DNA of 64,000 nt from Candidatus Nanoarchaeia archaeon (lineage in GTDB: Archaea; Nanobdellota; Nanobdellia; Woesearchaeales; WJIZ01), in NCBI GenBank assembly GCA_028279765.1, contig JANQND010000009.1, positions 65,198-129,197 of the forward strand, given 5' to 3'. Shown in pieces: positions 56,934 through 64,000 of the stretch. Position 1 is the stretch's first letter, and each line of letters opens with the position of its first letter. Under the pieces are notes generated by a model. It searched no databases and was not told the origin of the DNA. It saw nothing but the letters and a program-made list of their open reading frames with translations. The translations under genes were made by a program, and so were the position numbers.

Positions 56934-58226
56934 TTACACCCACTTCACTTCTAAAAAATGCGCAGAGCATGAAAAGCAGGGATCATAGGATCGAATAAGC
57001 TTCTCAATATCCATAATAATGTCTTCTTTTTTCTTCTTCAAAACACTGGGAACGAACTCTCGAATATCTTCCTGCATATTGAGCAAGTTCTGTGCTGTAG
57101 GAGTAATAATATTTGCATTCGTGATCGTTCCCAGATCATCAAGCGTGTATTCGTGCCAGAGCGTTCCCCTGGGAACCTCAACAGCTCCAACACCTGTTCC
57201 TGAGCGCGGCTGAATCTTCTGCACCTCTTCAGGAACTATTTTGAGGTTTTTGCAGATCTCGATGGCATGATCCAGGCTGTGCATCATATCAATAGCCTGT
57301 GCAATGACATTATGGTAAGGGTTATAAGAGGGCAGCTTCAACCCGGATTCTTTGAGCATTTTCTTTGCATTCACACTTAATTGCTTATGACTGTTGTTCA
57401 GCCGTGACAATGCACCGACCGTATACCGATGATTCTCGCGTACGACAAAATTAGCGCTTGAATACAGCTCATGATATTCTGAAATAAACTTTCGATATTC
57501 TGACTTCTCAAACGAATTATCCTTGGAAGAAAACTTACCGTCAAGTACAGCATATTCTTTCTCATCAACTAAGGAAAACCACTCTCCTTTACTTTCAAAA
57601 TCAGGGTATTTCAAAGAAGAAAAGAGCTTGCATGCCTCACGTGCGTCCTTGCGAATAGACTCTAATTGAACTCTCATCTCATCAACTTGCTGCTGAGTTG
57701 GCAGTTTCAGCCATCCACCAATCGTTGCAGATACGGGATGAAGATCACGCGCAGCAAGCGTTTTAATAACCGCGTTTCCAACTTTCATTAAATTAAGGGC
57801 ATTTTTCAGCTGCGGCTTGTACTTCGGCGCCATGGCAAGTGCTGATTCATACCCCACATAATCCGGAAGCGCTAAAAAATACAGATGCGTAGCATGGGAT
57901 CGTATCCGCTCTCCTAATGTCATCAGAACACGAAGTGTTTTGGTTTGTTCCGTAGGATTATATCCTAAGGCATTCTCAATCGCACTGATGGCCGCAATAA
58001 CATGCGCACAGCTGCACACACCGCAAATGCGTGATGTCATCTCATGCGCCTCATAGTATTTTCTTCCGCGCACCAATCCTTCAAAATACCGGGAGCCTTC
58101 TACAGCAGAGAGCTTGCAGGTCTTCACTTTTCCTTTGTCAATACCTAGCTCAAGCTTTGCATGCCCCTCGATTTTCGTGATATGATTCAGCGTTATTGTC
58201 TTACCCATAATAGATCTTCTCTCCAT
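56934..58226 (-). CDS. [NiFe]-hydrogenase large (alpha) subunit, group 3 type
   Basis: N-terminal RICGVCSCAH and C-terminal DPCFSCSAH nickel-binding motifs. Confidence 0.85.
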   Translation of the reverse strand: MERRSIMGKTITLNHITKIEGHAKLELGIDKGKVKTCKLSAVEGSRYFEGLVRGRKYYEAHEMTSRICGVCSCAHVIAAISAIENALGYNPTEQTKTLRVLMTLGERIRSHATHLYFLALPDYVGYESALAMAPKYKPQLKNALNLMKVGNAVIKTLAARDLHPVSATIGGWLKLPTQQQVDEMRVQLESIRKDAREACKLFSSLKYPDFESKGEWFSLVDEKEYAVLDGKFSSKDNSFEKSEYRKFISEYHELYSSANFVVRENHRYTVGALSRLNNSHKQLSVNAKKMLKESGLKLPSYNPYHNVIAQAIDMMHSLDHAIEICKNLKIVPEEVQKIQPRSGTGVGAVEVPRGTLWHEYTLDDLGTITNANIITPTAQNLLNMQEDIREFVPSVLKKKKEDIIMDIEKLIRSYDPCFSCSAHFLEVKWV

Positions 58227-59043
58227 AGAATTGTGTTTGTAGCTTATCGGGCTTTTCTCCAGGTTTCATTACTTTTTCAAGCATAGGCAGCTTGAGCCCG
58301 ACAAAAGTCCTCATCCGATCCTGTATGAACTTATCATCGAATCCACGATCACGCAGCATTTTAATCATCAAATCAAGATTCATATCTTTGGTTGGTCCTC
58401 TGCATCCCCAGCACTCAAAGCCGCCGTTAATGCAGACCGAATCACAGCCACCAGTAGTAATAGGCCCAAGGCAGGGCTTTCCGGAGTCCAGCAGGCATGT
58501 ATTACCGTTTCTGCGGCACTCCACGCACACCGGACTCTGATAAGGCCGGGGAACAATTCCCTTTGCTACACTTTTAATAAACGTAATAATTTCTTTTTTA
58601 TCCGGCGGGCAGCCGGGAATATAATAATCTACCTGGACATGCTCATCAATAGGAGTGGGGTCAACATCCTCGATTTCTTCCATTTTTTTGTATAATAAAT
58701 GCTCATAATTTTCTTTGAGGGTGAAGTGCCTATATGCAGGAACGCAGCCAGTACATGCGCAGGCACCCAGGCTGACAAGCATCTTGGTATTTTTCCGCAA
58801 TTTCTTCACGGTTTCAAGATCGCCTTTATCGGCAACAAGTCCTTCAAGAATAACGCAGTCAAACTGCTCATCAATATTGACCTCTTTGATAAAAGGAAAC
58901 GCCTTGAGATTAACCAGGTTCACGACATCGAGAATCTCGTCTTCATTGAAGATAAGCGAAAGCTGGCAGCCGGCACAACCGGTGATTCCATACACTCCTA
59001 CATTAAGTTTCTCGCTCTTAGCACTCGTATTCTTTTTACTCAT
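58201..59043 (-). CDS. [NiFe]-hydrogenase small (delta) subunit
   Basis: GCAGCQLS proximal-cluster motif and additional Cys clusters. NuoB-like fold. Confidence 0.8.
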   Translation of the reverse strand: MSKKNTSAKSEKLNVGVYGITGCAGCQLSLIFNEDEILDVVNLVNLKAFPFIKEVNIDEQFDCVILEGLVADKGDLETVKKLRKNTKMLVSLGACACTGCVPAYRHFTLKENYEHLLYKKMEEIEDVDPTPIDEHVQVDYYIPGCPPDKKEIITFIKSVAKGIVPRPYQSPVCVECRRNGNTCLLDSGKPCLGPITTGGCDSVCINGGFECWGCRGPTKDMNLDLMIKMLRDRGFDDKFIQDRMRTFVGLKLPMLEKVMKPGEKPDKLQTQFYGEKIYYG

Positions 59044-59863
59044 CGCTCAGCTCCTTCATCTCATCATATCTGAATACCGGGCCGTCTACGCATGTGAACT
59101 TTCCTTTAATCATGCAATGGCAGCACACGCCCATGGCGCAATACATTAATCGCTCTGCACTCAAAAAAATCTGCTTATCATTGAATCCCTTTTCTTTGAG
59201 CACTTCAATCACATACTTCATCATAATAGGCGGTCCGCATACAAACACAATCTTATTTTCGTTGTTGATAGGAGTTGACCGCAAAACATCAGTCACAAAA
59301 CCATGCTTTGCATCATAGCACATCTCCCCATGCGCCTCTTCATCGACCGTGACCTGCAGATGATACTTATTGCGCCACTCTTCTAACTCCCGCTTAAAGA
59401 GAACATCATTAGGTGAGCGATACCCTAAGAAGAGCATCACTTCCTTAAAATCATCGCGATGGTTCTCGACATAATCAATGATTCCTTTCAGCGGTGCAAC
59501 ACCGCATCCACCACCAATAATCAGCACATTATTCCCAGTCAGGTACTGCATAGGATATCCTCTGCCATACGGGCCACGAACAAGCAGGGTATCTCCTTTT
59601 TTGAGGTTGCCGAGCGCCTTGGTTACGGTTCCAACCTCGCGAATATTGAGTTTGATATATTCTTCGGAATCAGAACAAATAGAAATCGGTGCTTCACCAA
59701 AGCCGGGAAGCGAGAGCTGCACAAACTGTCCGGGATCATGCTTTACTTTCATATTGATCGTGATAGTGAAATTATCATCGGTCTCCCGGTAATACTCCAG
59801 CACTTTGTAGGGCTTGGGAATATAGGGGTTCTCAGTTTTTGCTTTCTGTTTCTTCTTTGCCAT
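59036..59863 (-). CDS. Hydrogenase gamma subunit (FAD/NAD(P)-binding oxidoreductase with C-terminal [2Fe-2S])
   Basis: FNR-like fold. GGGCGVAPL nucleotide-binding motif. C-terminal CAMGVCCHCMIKGKFTCVDGP cluster. Start set to MAKKKQ (59863), rejecting the overlapping extension. Confidence 0.7.
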   Translation of the reverse strand: MAKKKQKAKTENPYIPKPYKVLEYYRETDDNFTITINMKVKHDPGQFVQLSLPGFGEAPISICSDSEEYIKLNIREVGTVTKALGNLKKGDTLLVRGPYGRGYPMQYLTGNNVLIIGGGCGVAPLKGIIDYVENHRDDFKEVMLFLGYRSPNDVLFKRELEEWRNKYHLQVTVDEEAHGEMCYDAKHGFVTDVLRSTPINNENKIVFVCGPPIMMKYVIEVLKEKGFNDKQIFLSAERLMYCAMGVCCHCMIKGKFTCVDGPVFRYDEMKELSDE

Positions 59864-60830
59864 GTTCCATCTTATTAATAATGTCCACGAAATCAATTCG
59901 TGTCGGGCAGCCATCAATACATCTGCCGCACCCAACACACATCTGCACGCCATATTTCTCCTTAAAATATTCTAACTGATGATAGATGCGGTGCTTGAAT
60001 CGCTCTTCCCTGTCTTCACGGAAAACATGATCTCCTGCCACTCTCGTAAACTCCTGCAGTTGGCACGAACTCCAGGATCGTTTTCGCTCACCCTTATTGA
60101 CATTTTCAGCTTTCACTTCATCGTGAATCTCAAAGCAGTAGCAGGTAGGGCAAAGCGCAGTACAGGCACCGCAGGAGAGACAAATATCCGCTCCTTTTTT
60201 CCAGTCCTTATGGTCATAAAACGCAGAAATATCCTTCTTATCTAACCGATCAGCTCCGGGTATCACCTTATCTGCCTGGGTCATCAGGCGTGTTGAAGGA
60301 CTAAAAAGCTTCCCATATTTTTCTGCAAGCTTCTTTCCTTTCTCCGATCCTACCTCAACGAGAAAATGATCTTCCTTATCATAAAACATCAAATCAAAAA
60401 AATCAATCAAGTCCAGGGAGCCGCAAAAGCAGTACGGTGATGGTGCGCTAGGGCAATGGTAACCTAGCAGTAAGCTATTTTTTCGCTGTGCAATATAATA
60501 CGGATCCTGCGTATCCTTCATGAATACGATATCCTGATGATGAATTGCGTTCAGGTCGCACTTTCTGATCCCAAAGAACGCACGTTTAGGCGAAGAAAGC
60601 GTTGTCTCCTGGATCTTATTTCCGGTGAACGTAAATAGCACTTCCTCTTTTTTGAAGAAATATTCCTTGAGCGGAAAATACGCATTCTTTTCCAGATGGA
60701 TCGTTTCTGGATTCTTCACACGCTCAAAACGCACTACATCGGTTTTGACAGGAGCAATCAGTTCATAGCTCTTGCTAAGCTGGAGCAAAAACTCATTCAA
60801 CCTCTTTTTTTCCATATGCAGAACCTGCAT
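59832..60830 (-). CDS. Hydrogenase beta subunit (4Fe-4S ferredoxin-like)
   Basis: CLSCGACTALCPTCYC and CVGCGRCIDGCP ferredoxin motifs. First gene of the beta-gamma-delta-alpha operon, as in Pyrococcus hydBGDA. Confidence 0.75.
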   Translation of the reverse strand: MQVLHMEKKRLNEFLLQLSKSYELIAPVKTDVVRFERVKNPETIHLEKNAYFPLKEYFFKKEEVLFTFTGNKIQETTLSSPKRAFFGIRKCDLNAIHHQDIVFMKDTQDPYYIAQRKNSLLLGYHCPSAPSPYCFCGSLDLIDFFDLMFYDKEDHFLVEVGSEKGKKLAEKYGKLFSPSTRLMTQADKVIPGADRLDKKDISAFYDHKDWKKGADICLSCGACTALCPTCYCFEIHDEVKAENVNKGERKRSWSSCQLQEFTRVAGDHVFREDREERFKHRIYHQLEYFKEKYGVQMCVGCGRCIDGCPTRIDFVDIINKMEHGKEETESKN

Positions 60831-60941
60831 AAGAGAAATGAAGAATTACACATATATAAATAATTGGATAACGATTGTTAAGCTTATCGGGGAGAACAGA
60901 ACCTGGAAACTTTTTTATACCATCAATGGTAATTTTGCCGT

Positions 60942-61250
60942 ATGAAACACATCATTTTTGTCCTTGCTTTACTTTTTCTTCTTTCAGGGTGTGTTATACA
61001 AGAGGAGACTCTCTCTTTAGATCCTCCTCAACCAAAATCAAAACAGCCGCAAGAAACCTTCGATTGTACCGACAAACAAAGAGAAGCAAAATCCTGCATA
61101 GAAATCCATGAGCCGGTATGCGGCTGGTTCGATGCGGAAAAGATCAAATGCGTTACGCATCCCTGCGCGCAGACATTTACCAACACTTGCTTTGCCTGCA
61201 AAGATCCTAATGTGTTATACTGGACACCGCATGAATGTCCTGAAAAGTGA
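60942..61250 (+). CDS. Cys-rich lipoprotein with Kazal-like motif
   Basis: Signal peptide plus lipobox LLSGCV. C..7..C, PVCG, TFTNTCFAC (TY.N.C..C-like). 8 Cys in about 60 aa. Confidence 0.35.
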   Translation: MKHIIFVLALLFLLSGCVIQEETLSLDPPQPKSKQPQETFDCTDKQREAKSCIEIHEPVCGWFDAEKIKCVTHPCAQTFTNTCFACKDPNVLYWTPHECPEK

Positions 61251-61251
61251 G

Positions 61252-61608
61252 TTATTTAGGAGAAATTTTGTTCACAATATCGATAACCCGTCTATCTACA
61301 TATAATCTTTGAGGCTCTCTGTTCTGTGTCAGAATCATTCCATACAATGGTTCATCAAATTTTCGCTCTGCGTACTTATCTCCATTGGCATGTTGAACAT
61401 CAAATCCATCCTTATACACTCTTGAAACAATGTATGGAATTACAAAAGGCAAGCGGTGACTGGTAAACTGAGGGTCAGGAGGGGCTTCATCCTTCTTGAA
61501 ATGGAATATACGTTCTGGCACAATTCCTTCTACCGGGAGATCACCTGTATCCCAATACAAGTCTCCCACATGTACATCACTTGGATCCAATAAAGCAATC
61601 TCTAACAT
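61252..61608 (-). CDS. Hypothetical protein (118 aa)
   Basis: ORF only. Confidence 0.3.
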   Translation of the reverse strand: MLEIALLDPSDVHVGDLYWDTGDLPVEGIVPERIFHFKKDEAPPDPQFTSHRLPFVIPYIVSRVYKDGFDVQHANGDKYAERKFDEPLYGMILTQNREPQRLYVDRRVIDIVNKISPK

Positions 61609-61653
61609 ATCCAGAAAGAATGAATTATGATTTATAAATTGGTAGGAGTTTAC

Positions 61654-62187
61654 TTACTCTCCCATGATAGAACTAAATCTTCCCTGATTGATAATCTTCA
61701 TAACCTCATCAGGAGTAAATACTCTTCCATTCATACATAAATACACTCCCGGCTGAAGATAGTTTAATTCAGAAATAGAATAACCCAGATTGAATCCACC
61801 ATCAGACATCGTAAATTCTGAGATGGGTAGCATACTGGCAGTAATGACAACTATTTGGTCTTTTCGCTTTAGGTTTGCCTTCAGGTACCGAGCAGAATCA
61901 GGAGCCGTATAAGTTCCATGGGTTATGATAATGTGCTTGCAGGAACTTTTTTCAACTTTATCAAGCACTTTCTTCAGATCAGTTCGAGTCAAATGTCTGC
62001 TATCTTTCATACAAATCTCAGAAAACTTAACTTTACTATACAGTTTTAATCCCTTAATATATCGGGGAATAATAGAATGTTCATTGGGAACAACCGTATC
62101 CTTTGATCCATCATAATAAGAATCAATCGTCCCTCCAGTCATAATAAAATGGATTTCTTTCTTTCTTTCTTTCTTTCTTTCTACCAT
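61654..62187 (-). CDS. Short asparaginase N-domain-like protein (about 177 aa)
   Basis: IHFIMTGGTIDS and ITHGTYT match the asparaginase N-terminal threonine motifs. Start set to MVERKKERKKE (62187). The track's longer ORF would run into the msrA promoter. Confidence 0.45.
   Translation of the reverse strand: MVERKKERKKEIHFIMTGGTIDSYYDGSKDTVVPNEHSIIPRYIKGLKLYSKVKFSEICMKDSRHLTRTDLKKVLDKVEKSSCKHIIITHGTYTAPDSARYLKANLKRKDQIVVITASMLPISEFTMSDGGFNLGYSISELNYLQPGVYLCMNGRVFTPDEVMKIINQGRFSSIMGE
62154..62181. repeat. Tetranucleotide microsatellite (TTTC)7 (= (GAAA)7 on the coding strand)
   Basis: Seven perfect tandem TTTC units. In-frame they encode ERKKERKKE at codons 3-11 of the preceding gene. Confidence 0.9.
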
Positions 62188-62282
62188 TACTGAACTAACT
62201 ATCCAATGATTATATAAGCATTTCGATCCATAAATAAACTCCATATAACAACCTTTATATTCCTTCTCTCTATACGACAAAC

Positions 62283-62750
62283 ATGGTAGAAAAAGCAATC
62301 TTTGCAGCAGGGTGTTTTTGGGGTGTTCAAACCACATTCGACAAGATCAATGGTGTCATCGAAACCAAAGTAGGCTATACTGGTGGAGATATTGAGAACC
62401 CTACCTATGAGCAGGTATGCAGCAAAACAACTGGACATGCAGAGGCAATTGAGATTACGTATGATCCCGATAAGGTATCCTATGATGAGCTCCTGGATAT
62501 GTTTTGGCGATCCCATGATCCTACCACAGTAAATCGACAAGGGCCTGACATTGGCACACAATACCGCTCAGCAATATTCTTTACGACAAAAGAGCAGGAA
62601 ACAATAGCCAAAAAATCCAAAGAAGAACATCAAAAAATCATTCACAAGCCTATTGTAACCGAAATTGCTTCTGCAAGCACTTTCTATGAAGCAGAAGAAT
62701 ACCATCAGAAATATCTGGAAAAACGAGGAAGAGCAAGCTGTCACATCTAA
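62283..62750 (+). CDS. msrA: Peptide methionine sulfoxide reductase A
   Basis: GCFWG catalytic motif ([12 protein letters not shown]). Confidence 0.85.
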   Translation: MVEKAIFAAGCFWGVQTTFDKINGVIETKVGYTGGDIENPTYEQVCSKTTGHAEAIEITYDPDKVSYDELLDMFWRSHDPTTVNRQGPDIGTQYRSAIFFTTKEQETIAKKSKEEHQKIIHKPIVTEIASASTFYEAEEYHQKYLEKRGRASCHI

Positions 62751-62759
62751 TCTTAGACT

Positions 62760-63788
62760 ATGGAACCAAAAGCCTGTTGTCATTGCGCGCCAAAACCCTG
62801 GTATAGGGAAAAACTGTTCTATATTGTAGTCCTTACCATAGCCCTTCTCGTTCTCTCTTACAATGTCACCCTTCTCCACCCTTTCTTTGACACTTTCATG
62901 GATTATCTTAAAATCATCTGGTGGGCAATCCTCCTAGGAATTCTTGTTAGTGGTATCATCGAACACTATATTCCTCAGGAATACATCATGAAATACCTCT
63001 CTCAACACAAAAAACGAACGATTCTCCATGCCACACTGTTTGGATTCTTAATGACGGTATGCTCCCACGGCGTTCTTGCTATTGCTATTCAACTCTATAA
63101 GAAAGGAGCATCCATTCCTGCAGTCGTAGCATTCTTGCTCGCATCACCCTGGGCAAATTTTACCATGACTATACTATTGTTTGGTTTCTTTGGTCTCAAG
63201 GCACTCCTTATTATCTTCTCAGCAATTATCATAGCAATCATTACCGGACTAATCTACCAACTGCTGGAAAAAAAGAAACTCATTGAACAAAGCAAGCCAG
63301 TAACGATGAGCAATAATTTCTCTATTCGAGCAGACCTCAAAAAACGCTACAAGAACTACCGCTTTACCCTGGAAGCAGTGCAAAAAGATGTAAAGGGAAT
63401 TTTAAGAGGATCAAAAGACATCTCTAAAATGATCTTATGGTGGATACTCATAGGAATGATCCTCGCATCAGCAGCCGGGGCTTTCATTCCGGTGCACATC
63501 TTTCATCAGTACATGGGCCCCACAATCATCGGATTACTTATTACCCTAGCAATCGCAACCGTGATCGAAGTGTGCTCAGAAGGGTCATCGCCGCTTGCCT
63601 TTGAAATCTATCGGCAAACCGGCGCTTTGGGAAATTCTTTCACCTTCTTAATGGCAGGAGTGGCAACAGATTATACGGAAATAGGCCTTCTCTGGTCAAA
63701 TATTGGAAAGAAAACAGCATTATGGCTTCCGATTATCACCGTACCGCAGATACTGGTTTTTGCGGTTGTATTTAACGTGGTTTTCTAG
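62760..63788 (+). CDS. Predicted permease (COG0701/DUF318-like; Cys-rich N-terminus)
   Basis: 8-10 TM helices in two halves. N-terminal CCHC. Confidence 0.5.
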   Translation: MEPKACCHCAPKPWYREKLFYIVVLTIALLVLSYNVTLLHPFFDTFMDYLKIIWWAILLGILVSGIIEHYIPQEYIMKYLSQHKKRTILHATLFGFLMTVCSHGVLAIAIQLYKKGASIPAVVAFLLASPWANFTMTILLFGFFGLKALLIIFSAIIIAIITGLIYQLLEKKKLIEQSKPVTMSNNFSIRADLKKRYKNYRFTLEAVQKDVKGILRGSKDISKMILWWILIGMILASAAGAFIPVHIFHQYMGPTIIGLLITLAIATVIEVCSEGSSPLAFEIYRQTGALGNSFTFLMAGVATDYTEIGLLWSNIGKKTALWLPIITVPQILVFAVVFNVVF

Positions 63789-63804
63789 TGCTATTTAACT
63801 AGGC

Positions 63805-63888
63805 AAAAACAATGGCGCAGACGAGCTTAGCCTCTAAGCTCGAGATTTTCTGAAAGAAAATCGCTCTGCCTGCCCCTGTTGTTGTTGC
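63805..63888. repeat. Structured double-hairpin repeat element, copy 2
   Basis: AACAATGGCGC ... CGAGCTTAG CCT CTAAGCTCG ... GATTTTCT GAA AGAAAATC ... GCCTGCC..TGTTGTTGTTG. Both stems differ from copy 1 by paired, compensatory substitutions. Confidence 0.55.
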
Positions 63889-64000
63889 CGACAAGAGCTA
63901 CTAACCTTCATTTTCTCCCTTATAAATATCTTCTAAAGATTTATATACTATAACTTCAGAGTAGTACAAAACAAGCAATGGAGGTAATACTCATGAAAAA

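Noticed and set aside
59864-59953. N-terminal 30-aa extension of the hydrogenase gamma subunit ORF
   Set aside because: It would overlap the beta subunit gene by 120 nt. The conserved protein begins at MAKKKQ.
62188-62337. N-terminal 50-aa extension of the asparaginase-like ORF
   Set aside because: The extension covers the divergent msrA promoter region and has no homology. The homologous region starts at MVERKK.../IHFIMTGGT.

Overview
This 64-kb window appears to be low-GC archaeal chromosome, probably from a small-genome DPANN-type lineage (for example Woesearchaeota-like). The lineage call is an inference. The archaeal assignment rests on several genes read directly from the ORFs: a family-B DNA polymerase with a YGDTDS motif, Kae1, a class-I CCA-adding enzyme, the rpoE-spt4-rps24e-rps27ae cluster, SRP54, a Hel308 fragment, an EndoQ-like PHP nuclease, and TrmB and Lrp regulators. 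Other recognisable content includes a bacterial-looking xylose isomerase with a hairpin terminator, a MoxR-VWA pair, a cell-envelope operon (sugar nucleotidyltransferase plus membrane proteins), an S9 peptidase, a SET-domain methyltransferase, a PfpI protease and an HPF/RaiA-like protein. A long secretome island (33.2-45.4 kb) encodes a 1477-aa surface protein and two cadherin-like repeat proteins. The window also carries a VapBC pair, a GGDEF-like cyclase-fold protein, an intron-containing tRNA, and an anaerobic class III RNR locus. It ends with hypA, a hydrogenase maturation protease and a four-subunit group-3b-type NiFe (sulf)hydrogenase operon, followed by msrA and a permease. The most unusual observations are these: (1) the nrd locus looks genuinely split into nrdD-large, a separately initiated 54-aa glycyl-radical peptide with its own AGGAGG RBS and start/stop overlaps, and nrdG, preceded by a 59-aa 8-Cys ORF; (2) a roughly 85-nt double-hairpin element occurs twice (18.9 kb and 63.8 kb) with compensatory base changes in both stems; (3) a GGDEF-like protein sits next to a TA pair and a tRNA in an archaeon; (4) the Hel308 gene lacks its N-terminal ATPase domain; (5) the giant surface protein carries a novel 'ASSNGI' repeat; (6) an in-frame (GAAA)7 tetranucleotide repeat lies at a gene start; (7) Spt4 has no cysteines; (8) a small duplicated poly-lysine protein lies near the SET methyltransferase. 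No CRISPR array, integrase or transposase was seen.
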